Part shown: positions 28,601-41,395 of the stretch, piece after piece | Layout: each line of letters opens with the position of its first letter | How positions within the stretch are numbered: position 1 is the first letter of the stretch | NCBI GenBank assembly: GCA_002633005.1 | Contig: NMRA01000257.1 | Location: forward strand, 469,296 to 533,295 | Source of the DNA: Phoronis australis | Taxonomy: Eukaryota > Animalia > Phoronida | Direction of reading: 5' to 3' | DNA: 64,000 bases | Notes under the pieces: generated by a model | What the model saw: only the letters and a program-made list of their open reading frames with translations | Databases searched by the model: none | What the model was told of the DNA's origin: nothing | Program-made: the position numbers and the translations under genes

Positions 28601-31600
28601 AGTAAATTGTACCTCTGCGCATGATGCGGATTCTTGTCCAGTAACACATTTGAAATTTACGGCGTCCAGTGAGAAATGTATTTCCATGGAGATTACCCAT
28701 TCTTCATACTGTACACAGCCCTTCAGAACAAAAATAAATACAGTTATTACTCACATGTAAGAAACGCTTAAAACAGCTCTAAAACGACGTACCCGCGTTC
28801 CTTCACAAAAAAAGCTTTTGATATTGACCACATACTGTTATGCAATTGGTATCAAATTGTTCCTAAGTGGAACTAGATGCACTTTATGCGCTCTACAAGT
28901 TGACTTGTCACTGACGATGTTCCCTTTTATTCTGCGAGCATGGCTTGTCCGCCCTTTGCAAGACCAAAATCACAATTTGAAACCAATTTGAAAAGGATGA
29001 ATTCTCTAAATAAAAAATTAGTATGTTTGGCGGAAGGTGGGTTTATTGGGATCGTTAGTGACGACGTATCTGCCACTAATATGAAGCGATTTTCAGGGGC
29101 AGGGCAGAGTATCAGCCAGGATTTTGCCCGTCAGACATTCACACCCCCGAACTGCCAAATGGCATTTGGGAGAATTTTAGGGGGGCATGCCCCCTTTACC
29201 TCCCTCCCCCCTCAATCCGCTACTGATTTAGACCAACAAATAGGAACAGTCACATGTTATTTTCAAAAAAATTTCATGGCTTGAACTTTTTGTGATTCAG
29301 GTAACCACGGCGACAATTTAACATTTGAAATTTTTACAAAATCATGATTTTGTGTTTAAATTAATGGGTGTTCTACGACAACGTTTGCACTCATGGGGAT
29401 TAGGATTCACGAGGTCCATTTCAAAGTTTTTTAATACAACGGAATGTTACGCATGCTTACTTTCTAATATAACATAAGAAGTTAATGAATAAGTAAGACT
29501 ACATTAAAAATCCCCAGTTTCTCACTGTAACAATCGCGTTTCTTTGCCATTTTTTATTAGACCTGGTCTGCCGCCGGGGGCGGCAGCGTAAGCATCACAA
29601 TGGGCGGCATCGCAAGCGAAACCTAGTCGGACGTCCGCGGTGCTATAATTTGGCGATCTCAAACCCGAAATGGCGAGCTGAGATATTACCCTGTCAGAAT
29701 ATAGACTGACACTGTTTTTATTTGTATTGTTTTGTTATTCTGTTTGATTGGCATGACCCCTGAGTTAAGTACAATGATGATGTCATTTGTTTACTACAGT
29801 ATAGTGAGGAACTTTCTAGAAGACTCTAGCATGACAGTGATTGATGTAGTCTGGAATATTCTAGAGACTAGTATATGTTTGTAGATTGGGTAGATTCAGG
29901 AAAGTTCTAGAATGTGCTTGAATTAATGTAAAGTTCCAGAACAATGCGTTAGGCTATAAATACACAAGCACGGGTTTGTGTTAATCAGAGATCAAGTCAG
30001 TTCAAGAGAAGATGAAGTGAGCTCAAGTCAGTTCAAGAAAGTTAATCAGGAGAATTACGGTTGAGTTGCAGTGAAGAGAATCAGCAGTTACAGCGATAGT
30101 CAATAGAGAGCCAGCTATAGAGACAACATGGTTATTAATTGAATCGACGAGTGTAACAGTTGCTGAACGTGTCTCAGAAGTTCATCACAAGTCAAGGCTT
30201 CGCAACACTGGCTGGAGCATAAACAGACATTACGTCGGACGTTTTGTTTGAGTAGGCTTGTGAACGTACGGTCAGGATTAATTAAGGATTAACTCGAACC
30301 AGTCTTCAGTCAATCGTGGCACCGAAAGCTATTAGCACTGGTCTGTAACAACCTGCGCCCACCCACACGTACGGGGAAAAACGTGACATACCCAACTTGT
30401 CAATTGCCAGTTGGGCATTTTCTTAACGTCGGACGCTGCTGTGTTCTTGTACACACAGAGTAACAAAAGTTTGATTTTGCACAAAAGATACCTATTTACT
30501 CATGCGTTTTGCCTCTTCTCAAAGGCGTTTCAGCTTTCTGGGGACTTTTCAAGCCCGAATTCAGTCCAGGACAGTTGGAGTTACCTGTTTTCCGAGTTTG
30601 TTTCCAGTGGCTGCACACTTGGTTTTTGAAAAGATTATTAACCCATAGGCGGATTTAGGGGGGGCCCAGGGGGTCCGCCCCCCCCCTCGGCTGCCGCAAA
30701 AAATAAAACAGTAAGAGCGTAGGGAAATGTTGAGTTTATTAATTAACCCCTGTAATTAAAATTATAAGGATGAAAACAGATTTAAATGTGTGCAGTTTTA
30801 GTGTTGGAGGGGGGGCTCAAATCCAATTTCATGTGACAAATTCGGAACACGACGCATTCGTAACGGAACTATGGCTAAGTATAGGCTCTCCCGCGATATC
30901 CCAGGCGACCGACAGTAGCGCTGCACACTACGACTCCGTTTCCGTCGTCTGCTCCACTGTGCAATGAAGAAAATTTACTTCATTTTTTAAAGAAAATGGA
31001 ACCTGATTGACGATGAAAAAACGGAAGCTGCTGGTAAGATGTGAATTTTAATCGATGCCTTAGTGAATCACTCAGAGACTCGCAATACTCTCTATGTCAA
31101 ACCTTATCTTAAGACGATTTCCAAAGCAATCCCGTCATTATTGCCAACACGAAAAACGGATTTGGTCTTTTGGGCATTTGAAGACTATTTTAAATACGAC
31201 AAATTTGTTAAGAATTGATGGCACAAAATATAAAACGTGTAATAAGCATTACAAAAAGAAGTAGGTTTCGCTGTGGACCATAAACAAGTAGGTCTCTTAG
31301 TATGAGATTAGTAGGTAAATCGTGGTGGTGTAGTGGTAACGCACGCTCGCTTTATCCTTCAGGTCGTGAGCTCAAGTCTTTGATACATGAAGTTTTTCCT
31401 GTTTGACACGTTCTCCGTGTTTTTTTTTTTTTTTGCCTTTTTTTCTTGGATAATACCTCAGGAATCAAGGAAAATGCTTAATTTTTAGAGGTAAAAACAG
31501 AAAATTTTCCTGGGCGGGAGGGGAGTTTGCCCCCGTCCCGATCTCCCCCCATTCGGTGCTATGCGCATCTACAATCGTGGTTCAGTTTGCGCCAATGCTT

Positions 31601-34600
31601 ACAGCCGGACAAAATGTTGGCCCCCCTTGTGATATCCTAGATCCGCCACTGTAACCTCCATGCGAAATTTTAGAATGATGATTGCAACACTTTTATCTCG
31701 GAAATGTATTTTAATTTTAAAATGTCTTACCTCAGTACTTAACATGGTGACCACCCATTCTTTCTGTAAGTCAACTTGAACATATTCCCCTGCACTTAAC
31801 GAGCCGCTGCACCAGGCAAGTCCGCTGTTCAATGTCACCAGTTCAGGTGCGCATGTTTTATATGTACTAGAAGCCGAGAACGCGTTTTGTGGTAAGTTCT
31901 CCAGGCCGACTGGTTCATCCACTTGGTAAAAGATTTGTCAAAGTTAGTATTATAAAGCGGGCCATGCGATAGCATAATGCAAAACCAGTCACAGTCATAC
32001 AAAACTTGTTTCAGACCACTTATACCGGTATGAAATTGTTCTCACATTGTTCCTTAGTGAAAATAGATGTGATATCTGGGCTACATTTCATAAAAATTAG
32101 TCTTAAGTTCTATTGTTGGCATGGCGTCAATAAGCGCAACGTGACATGTGATGGAAGGACAGCATTGTTATTTCGCTCTAAGTTAAAACTAAAATAATTA
32201 CCGGGCTCCGGTCTTGGAAAGAAATGACAATTCATTATTGCTTAAGACGAAGCTCTGCAGGTTGACTTATTCAAGGTGTGTTGTTTTATTCGCCGATTTA
32301 GCAATAACAAACTGTCACTTCTTTTCAAGACAAAAAAACATTTTTCATCTGAGCGAGGAGCATGAGTTGTACGAAATTTTTAGCGGTAAGTTAGTTTCTT
32401 GGACGGAAAGCGGATTTACAGGCGCAATAAGTAAGCAGGTACTTTTGAGACTTTGACCGTCTTGATCAATGAAATATGACATTTCCACAGAGAAAATGCT
32501 CTTAATTGGACCAAAGACCGTTTCATTGCGCAGAACCGTTACACTTGCGGCATTACATGGGAGACCTATTCCCTATCGAGGACAAATATAATCCCACATT
32601 TTACGTATCGCTAACGCATATCTTTGCTCACAAATGCTGGTCCCCGCAGTGGTTATTCCCTGCACGCCGAACTCTTCTCTCGCGGGGACGGCTTGGCATG
32701 ACATGGTAAAAGTGTGAAAAATCACTTATTGCAAATACATTCCCGCCAATTTTCAATAATTCGTTTCAAATAGAATCATTGTTTAGATCTGAAAGTACAC
32801 ACACTTCCCTGTTCGTGCGCGGCTTGGACCTGCCGCGCACAAAATTTTCTCGCACGTTCATATGATATTGTCAATGGCGAAGGATACGCTGAAAAGTTGC
32901 GCTCAACTTGACGGTTGTTCTGCTATGCCGTGACATTTACACTGTCGATGATTTTGCAATGAAATTAAAAAACTGGAAGACATTTCCGCACAATGCGTAT
33001 TGAGAAGAAGACTAGTTTCATTGATTTTATGATAATCAAATAATTTATTCAAAAATAGAAAATAGTCCAGTAGCTTGATCGACGAGTTTGTGCTTCAGTA
33101 AGAAATAGGCCTCTGGGGCAGGAAATAATTTGAGGGAGCAGAATTAGTCTGTACACGAAGAAAGAAAAGTAATATAATATATCCGCGAGCAAGGAAAAGT
33201 AGTCCAGGATATGCGTCCGCGAGAAGGGAACAGCATGCGCGAGAGAAACTTTTGTGCGCGCGCAGGATAGTCAAGGGACCTTGTTATTTGATAGCGATCA
33301 TGTGCGTAGCAAACGAGGGAATAAAATACTAATCTACTACTGCTAGTAGAGGATTCCATTAACTTTTCTGTTGATAACGAAGTGTTACATCTCATTAACA
33401 TCTCATTGCATTTCTCCAACACGTAAAATACGAGAAGCACATCAAAGGCGCCCGCCAAGTGTTTGGCAATATTTTGTTCAATTTTACCATTGCGTGTATT
33501 GGCAATTTGCTCAAAGTGCTCCTGCGAAACAAAAATCACACCAAATCCTGAAGTGAATTGCTTAGTACACAGCGATAGAACGTTTTAACCTATAACCTAC
33601 CAATAGGCTCTTTTTCACAGATGACATGTCTCTCGCTGTTGCAGTCAACTGTCGACAAGGTACACGTGCTGTTACATGACAACACGGAGCATTCGCTCCC
33701 AGATATCAGTGCCATGTCACCGCTCATCCAATTATAGTCGTCATACTGGCTCTTCACCCCTGTCCAGAAGAACCCTTCCTTCTCCCTGCCAAAATGAGAT
33801 GAGATTTTTCGAATTTTGTTTTTCAAACTAAATTGTAGGTTTTGAGATTCATTAATGTCTGCAACGTGTTACCTTTCAATACTTTAATCCAGGCAAAAGT
33901 TGTTTAAAAACGTGATTGATAAGTCGAGTAAACTACGAATCGTTAACTAAGGTTAAACTCTACGATCGCCATGCGTGAAAGGTCCCTAACTGATTGTATG
34001 ATTTATTTAACATTAAGATTCGAAAACTTGTACGGAACCATCTTACTTTGAAAGCTGATGATAAAGTGTAAGGCAACTGTCGATAAACTAAATGGAACCG
34101 TCTTAGGCGGTTTGAGTCCGGTAAACTGTACATAGCCTTTCATGTAAGGCTGATACACTACACAAGGGTTTAACGTTCAAAACTGGAAGATTTTGCAACC
34201 CGTCCTACGTTAGAAAACTGTACGTCCGTCTTACGTAGCACAGTTAATTGGCTAGACTTCGAAACTGGATTATTTTTGTACGGCATGTGTAGAACGATAC
34301 GAGATAACTAAAGGGTGCAATTTATAATTGGCAAATTTAAAGCGCGCTTGGAATCTGAACTCGGGCGATCTACCGCTATTAAAGGTTCGTCTTCGTTGTT
34401 TGGAAACGATAAAGCGTGGGGCAAGATGTCTTCTTTGCTTCCCTAAACCACCACATTTGGCGTTGCTGTCAACTGACAAATGTCCTAACGTCTGTCGGTA
34501 ATCTACACTGATGTCATACGGTCGTGTGTCGATCTACCCGTTTCTTTGCTGTGTCCCTAGTTGTTCCAGACGTACAGAGAGTCGCGAAAAAGTAAATCAA

Positions 34601-37600
34601 TATTCCACAGCTTTTGCAAGTGACCCACGAAAAAGAAAAATTATTGAAAACAACTGCATGTATAGCTCCCCGTTTCTCAGTGCAAAGGTGAAGTGAACAT
34701 GACCATTTGACGTCACGACTTAAATAGCATTGATCAGATAGCTTGGGATGAGATACAAGAGGCGCTCGTAATGATGGTTGCTGTTAACAACAATGTTGTT
34801 GTTGTTAGTCACTTGAAGAAAACCGGTTTTTACGAAGTGCAGTATTCCTTTAAGGAAATGTGATTGGTGAGATGTTTGCGTTCTCGCTTGTTCCTTGTAC
34901 CTCCCATGTTGCAGCTAGCCTAACAAAATTAGTGGACCTTTGAGTTTTGCCCTCGACCCCCTCCCAGTCATGTCAACATTCTTGACTCCCCCTGTTGTCA
35001 AGTGGTCACGTCTGAGGTACTAATACAAATGTCGTGGTTGAGGCAGACCTAAACTGCTCGTGGGCGGTTGCGCGAGAGCACCCGAGTTGTCGGTAGAGGT
35101 TTGTTGCCACCCGTTAACCCCCCCCCCTTGGCTAGCTATTCGTCTTTCAAATCTAACCAAGTAAAGCGTAACAATACCTTAAGGTTTCAGTAAAGAAATT
35201 GCGTTCGTCTTGATCGTTGATGTAAAGAACGTGACTGTTTCTTCCATCACAAAAGTCTTTTGCCTCTTCATGAGAAACGATTCTGTAATCAATGTAGTAA
35301 CACGATCTTCCTTTGCTGTTGACGTAGTTAAGCCAACCTGTCGGGCACTTGTCACCTAAAAATAAAGTTCAACGTGCGGTCGAAGTATCGCATGGTAGAC
35401 TTACTGTTTATATAGTGACGACACGCTGGACTGTGTGCGAATTTTTGCAATAATGCTTCTGAGCCCAAAATGAAGAAAAAAATGAACACGTGATTTAGTT
35501 GATGACCAGTAACCCCAATGCCGAATTTACGCTTGTAAATTTTTTACCTGTATCGTCTGCACGGCATTTTATCATACAAAGTTCGAGGAAAATTGATAGG
35601 AGGAGATTTCCTATAAAATTTTTAATTTGAATTTAATTTTATATTCAAAAGAGCAATTTTATATTCAAAAGAGCGGGTTTTAGATAATCATTTCCACCTA
35701 CACATCTGGATCTTACGGGCGTGGTATCTCGAGGTTACCAGTAGAAACGTAACTACTGTCATAAAAATGGTTTAGTATTTTTCAAAAACAACTCCCTTTA
35801 AAAACAGTTCCTGTCTACTGAGTAAAAAACATACTGGAATCGTATTAAAAGGACCCTAATTGTTAGAAAAATGTTTTTCTGTGATCAGCCCCTGGCGATT
35901 GAAGCCTGAAACCTTCTGTGACATATACTTGAATTTGACACACCTTTTGCGACTGTACCTATATGTCTGAACAGAACCTTTCTGGTCGGAGTCGAACGAT
36001 CTGCTGGCGAAAGCAACTTTTTTTCGTGACACTTTTAGCAAAAATAAGGTTCGTTGATTATCCCAGACACATTTTTCACTTAATTACAGCTTTTTGTAAT
36101 TTGATTAATTTCTCGTCCTCTACTCCAAAAGTGACGTTTTGGGAGGCAAGAGTTTCGCGCCAATTTCTTTTCGTTATAGTCTGACTGTGAGAGCTGTCGA
36201 GTCAGTCATTGTTCTACCTCGGTTGTGATAAGTTCGGCCGTCATTTGCTTTTGTTTACAAGTCAGTCAACATGCCACGCTGTTGCTGCGTGCCGGGATGT
36301 ACTCATTATCGTCTCACACGCGCTTTGGGTACCTTGCGTCGCTTTCCGAAGGATGACACACTTCGCCGTACTTGGCTAGCTCGTTCATGTGAAGAACGCA
36401 GTGCTACCCGTCCACGCAACGTACAAAGCAGTGGAGGGTTACCGAGTGTTTGGCAAGCATTTTCTGCCGTCAGATTATGACAGATATGTACGCTGAATTG
36501 ATGAAGGTCCCTGCGAAACAACGCCTGAAGAATTGTACCATACCGTCGCTGTTGATTCCCGCCAGTGCCCCGTCGCCAACCCCGAGAAGTGCGTTTTTAA
36601 AGCGAGAAGCCTCGCGAGCTGTGGCCACTATATACAGTGACTGGAGGCACTTCATCTACTGTCACCCGTGCCTCCGAACGTACCCCATTGCTTGCAATTC
36701 CGGGAACTAGCAGTGATTCGCCCTGTGCTGTTGTCTCTAGCTCAGAGCCTGTAAGTAGCCCTGCAGCGATGTTGAGTAGTGGGAGTGAATACAGGCCCAG
36801 TTCGACACCCAGTGAAGATGACAGTTCGTCATCCAATGAGCAGATCGGTGAGCCTAAGTTTGATAAGTTTATTGTGGACTTGTATTGGAGCTATTTGGAA
36901 GGTGCCAGGTGTGAGGCGAGGGAGTCACACGGCGGGATGTAAGCAGTTTGGGTGCTCAGATCACCCTTCAGTGGGAGTGTGTCGCGGGACACTCGGAAAA
37001 GTGGGACAGTTCTTCCTCTGTACGTGAGACGATAATGAGTACACCCCAGTACGCAGCAACAACGTGGCATGTTGACTGACTCGTAAGCAAAAGCAAACGA
37101 CGACCGAACTTATCACAACCGAGGTAGAACAATTACTGACTCGACTGCTCTCACAGTCAAACTATATGAAAAGAAATTGGCGCGAAATTCTTGCCTCCCA
37201 AAACGTCACTTCCGGAGTAGACGACGAGTACTTAATTAATTTACGAAAAGCAGTAAATAAGTGAAAAATATGTTTGGGATAATCAACGAACCTTATTTTT
37301 GCTAAAAATGACATGAAAAAAGGTTGCCTTCGCCTTTAACCCATACATGTCAACGGGAATTACGTATTTGCTAAGACTACGTATTTTTGCAGTTTCTGAC
37401 GTGCTACGGCGTAGTGGCAAAATGTTACGTATTTTCGGTAATTAATACCCATTTTTGCCCATGCTCATAATAAAGTTTTAAAACCTTCGCTTTGGCTATC
37501 TCTTATGTCGAAATAATCTCATATCACGAGCCTTGCTCGACAGGGCCAAAGGAGTTGCCAAGGAGTATAGCAAAACTCACAGTTATTAGATGTAAGAGTA

Positions 37601-40600
37601 TCTTATAAGAAGGTAATGCATTTTGACACTTGACAATATTTTGACTCGTTTTCGTAAGTGCCATGGTTTGCTCTTTTTTTTACAAAAACGCTATGGTTAG
37701 AGCAAAAATACTTGATATTTGTCTAAGCCCCACTCGATCAATGGTATTTTGAAGCGACATTTCGTCTTGGCATTTTACTCTTATAAAATCGATCTTGTAA
37801 TATCCCGACCGTGGTGAGATCGCATTACCATTGCCATCTCAGCTCATATGCAATACACGTACATGAATAATCAAAATAGTCTTTCCAAGGTAAAGAGTTA
37901 TATGAGAATAATTTTATGACAGCAAGAGGTCTTAATTCTAGTTTTTAACCAACTAAAATGCTTTGATTTCAACGAATGTTGGAGACACAACGGCGGGAAT
38001 TGGCGATTTGTAATAATGTGGCAAAAAAACACAAAAATATACTGTTTTATATCTCTAGTCAAAGCTACAATAATCACAAAAAATCGTTTTCGGCAGTAAA
38101 AACGACAATGTTGCTTCAATGAGGGCCAGTCTTCACAATCTCACCAGTTTGTTGGAACGACGTTATTGAAACAGACTGATATTTCATAAATGGGAAAACT
38201 GAAATGGCTTTCGAAACGAAGATCAGTGAGTATCTGGAAAGTACAATGGGAAAACGTTGAATACACGTAAGTCCTGTTCGGCAAGGGGATTGGAATCAAT
38301 TGACAATCCATTTTTCAAAATTATTTATCATTTGCGAACGGAGAATCCTTCTGGAGGGGCGCCCTCATGAAAGCTTCAGTTGCCATTGTTTGCCTGTGAC
38401 AGAATCCTCGGCTTTCATAGTAATGTCACCCTCCTAAAGGGGCTCCCCGATATACATCAACGTTGCATGCCTTTTCTTGTTTTTGTCGAAATTATGCATA
38501 ATTTTGTGTCTGAAGAGACCCGCCTTGGAAGACCGCAAATTTAAATCCGTAGGCTTACATGCTACAGGCTCCGCCCAGAGGGGTGCCGGGGCAATTGCCC
38601 ACTGGGGGATTTTTTATACTAAAACTTGGCGTTTTTACGTAAATTTGTACTTAGGCAACTGCGTACATTGTGTTAGTGAATGGATTTGCAACCGGTCTGT
38701 GAAAGCATTCCTTAAACCGGCATTAAATTCGTGCTGTCCGAAACCCAAGTTTTGACTTAGATATTTACCGTTACGAAGTTAGTCTTCAGTTTTCCCGAGT
38801 CAAATAAAGTGTGATTTACGGGCTTAGAAAGAACTAACACTTGCAATTTTATAACGGTTAGTGGACTAAGACAAGACTTGTTTTTTGACAGAAAACACGA
38901 GCTGAATGCAGATTTATGATAATTTCAAATTTAAACGTAGGCCTGTTGCAGTTTCGTTCTTCTGAAGCAAAAAGAGTTTACCTCTAAAACCTCTGTGCCG
39001 ACAAGAACGTTGACTTTCACAATTGGCCCCAGCAATTCATGTTCTGACGTCTTGTCGGAACGTACTGTTTGCTCAGCCAATACCGAGATATACAGTCCCA
39101 ATGACGTTACCTTCTTACATTTAAGACCGATGTGCATTTGTCTTTACACCTATCGTTAGTTTTATTTCTTCTCAACGTGGCAATGAAGTTCAGGATCAGG
39201 ATCACTCTGTTACAACACTAAGCTAACGCTGTCGTACTAATTCTCCATGAAGATGATTTCGTTAGTAACAAACCGAAACGTTGAATATGGATATGTCAAT
39301 TTTCACGTTTACACTTATAATTACACTCTTGCTATTATTTTGGCCAAAAAAACAACATTGTTAACACTAACCTATTGTGCATCCAAATTCAATGTGTACA
39401 CTGTCCTTGTGATACTGAAGTGGAATGCCACCTTTCTCACGTTTTGTCGTGCAAGTCAATGTCCGCTTATCAAAATCGACTGAGAAACAAGTGTCCGACT
39501 TCAGGCATTCAATAATGCAGGCCCTTTCGTAGTCAACGTTAGGAATGGTGTCGCCAGTGAACCCGACGCCCTCTCGTTGCTCGAAAAAAACCACCTGAAG
39601 TTGTTCACCGCTATTCAAATCACAGTAAGTAGGATCTGGAAAAAAGACGTTCGAATTTGCAGCATTCAGGAATGATAAAGTTGGTATGGGGGGGAGACAA
39701 ACCGGCAAAAATTGCTACTATCGGAAACTCAATTCAAGAAAATAAACACAATCTTATGATGCTGCAAATCCAATATGCTATTTAGGCTTAGTGAATCCGA
39801 CGTAAAGTCAACTTCTTCATACTATCTATTTTATCTTTTATCGTGCAAACACTATGCTGACGTTTTCGCAAGCACTTTTGTAGCATTCTTTACAGGACAC
39901 CTACACGCAGGGGTAAGAATAACACGTGAGGTGATCCTCTAATTATAGGCTCAAACTCATTAGTTACGTTAGCAATAGAACTGAGGTCATCTGCTTTGGA
40001 ACAGTGCCGACCCCAGGAATTACTTTCCTCAGAGTAATACATGTACACATATAACTGGTCACATCAAAAACAGTAACTGACGGTTTGAGATCTCCGCAAA
40101 CTTAATTCTGATGGCCGTCACAGCGCCATCTTGTATCCGATTTCAAGTAAAACCTTCACCGAGTACACCCAGGCAGCTGAGCGATTCGATCGTAACCTGA
40201 GTAAAAAAAATTAACACTCTCAGCATGCTACCCTCTCACTAGTACTGGGGATGACTGATGAAATTTGGTAAGTGCGTGAGATCAAAGGAAACCTCTCTGG
40301 CCATGGGACACAACGGAGAGGTTTTGCGATTCCTCTTCTATTCTTAATGTTATCATTTGTTTTATATTCTAACATGACTTATGTCTAAACTCGCATTTTC
40401 CTATTCAGTGAGCTTAAATTCGTAAATTGCAGTTCGTCTAAGATTAAGCACTTTTCGAGCAATCTTCCTGCATTTCCAGGATTTACTGAGTGAGGCCTTA
40501 CCTGGTACATACTGTATTCGCTCCGGTGACGGGCAGTAACAGTTATAAATCTCCTCACACGTCGTTTTGCCGTCGGCGCAAGTCACCATGCGTTTTCGGT

Positions 40601-41395
40601 TGCCACACGTCACACATGGTTGATCCCAGTCACCAGGAATTAACGCTCCAGTTACTGTGTGACATGCAAATCGAGTTACGTTTTAAGCTTAATAAAAAGC
40701 GTAGCTGCGATGTGCATGCTGTGGAAAGGGGGGGGGGGNGCATGGCGACACACAACAGGGAATTGGACTGTTAGTGTAGGAATGCGCTTGGTAGGAACCC
40801 GCTGTGGAAAGGAGCGGCGCGAAATCGGAAGTCGGGGGGCAGAATTAGGTGAAATTACACTTAGTCGTCGTCGTTTATCATTTGAGTTTATTCTCAAGAT
40901 CCTCTGTTTGATGGACCCTTACACAAAAGTACAACATTGCCAATTCCTAACTGCATTTTCAGTTTGGGAACAATGCATTTTAATCCGATCAGTCAGTTCA
41001 ATTATAAAATTTAGTCACTTTTCTAGGACTCGCCCCACTAATGGCATTTTAAAATCATTTTTCTGTATGTTTTTTGTCATCCGCCTCCCTATCCACCAAA
41101 CTCCTTCTTTCAATATGGCCTCCAAAGCGTATTCAACTTCTGTAGACCACAAGGTAGTGTTAGATACTATCGACTATAAGATTTTAAAAATTGTGTTTTC
41201 TCGACGCTCTTTTACACTTTTGGAATTTTTTTGGAAAAGTATCATTAGGCAGTCCTTCGGAAAATTCTCGTTGCTGTTTAAGCCGGTGTTTCATTTTAGT
41301 TCAATAGATTGGTTAGACATTCCACAGGCACATCAGCAATACTTACAAATACCTGCCAGCCACGATACTGTTACAAGACAAAGACATGTCCGCAT
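25640..41395 (-). CDS. Secreted mosaic protein: signal peptide, TSP1-like, PAN/apple, C-type lectin, FA58C (discoidin), TSP1; about 509 aa
   Basis: Phase-consistent minus-strand exons: 41395-41347 (MRTCLCLVTVSWLAGI, signal peptide); 40654-40502 (GDWDQPCVTCGNRKRMVTC, TSP1-like); 39635-39372 (ACIIECLKSDTCFSVDFD..C, PAN); 35355-35178 plus 33827-33601 (CPTGW..SCYY..AKDFC..FFWTG..C..DC..ICEK, CTL); 31921-31731, 28720-28613, 28376-28238 (AFSASS..AWC..YVQVDL..EWV..FAGNSD..PVRAKHVRVVP..LRMEVYG, FA58C); 27747-27559 (YSQWGSWGNC..RERSCNNPEP..C.G..EEESC, TSP1). The tentative last exon 25671-25640 (ASEGQGNSGL*) is the least certain. Confidence 0.85.
26242..26560. repeat. 80-bp tandem repeat, 4 copies
   Basis: cgatttgaaaacg at 26242, 26320, 26400, 26480. 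Confidence 0.95.
26670..27126 (+). mobile_element. 5'-truncated RTE-clade LINE, 3' end
   Basis: LLYGSETWT..IEAFEMW.FRRM.RISW..TN..RKLKYFGHI.R..EGK..G.R.RG.QR.KW is the typical RTE ORF C-terminus. (GA)n tail; possible AATATC TSD. Confidence 0.85.
29692..30388 (+). mobile_element. Solo LTR, 697 bp
   Basis: TGTCA...TGACA termini, exact 5-bp TSD TACCC (29687-29691 and 30389-30393), TATAAATA near 29955. Lies in an intron of the mosaic gene. Confidence 0.85.
30644..31651 (+). mobile_element. Non-autonomous TIR element (MITE-like, possibly hAT-type)
   Basis: Termini CATAGGCGGATTTAGG...CCTAGATCCGCCACTG, with TAACC on both flanks. Related ends at 63661 (+) and about 58085-58196 (-). Contains a degenerate tRNA-like A/B box at about 31323-31380. 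Confidence 0.7.
36006..37335 (+). mobile_element. Non-autonomous THAP-bearing DNA transposon with ~315-bp TIRs, Kolobok-like
   Basis: 36006-36320 is the inverted repeat of 37022-37335, and the right end reads ..CGCCT|TTAA. A frameshifted THAP domain starts at 36271 (MPRCCCVPGC..RFPKD..W..RVFGKHF..RLK..IPSL). No catalytic domain is visible. Confidence 0.75.

Noticed and set aside
31323-31380. tRNA gene (also about 57865-57920 and 22495-22515)
   Set aside because: Only degenerate A/B boxes with no full cloverleaf, embedded in repeats; tRNA-derived at most.
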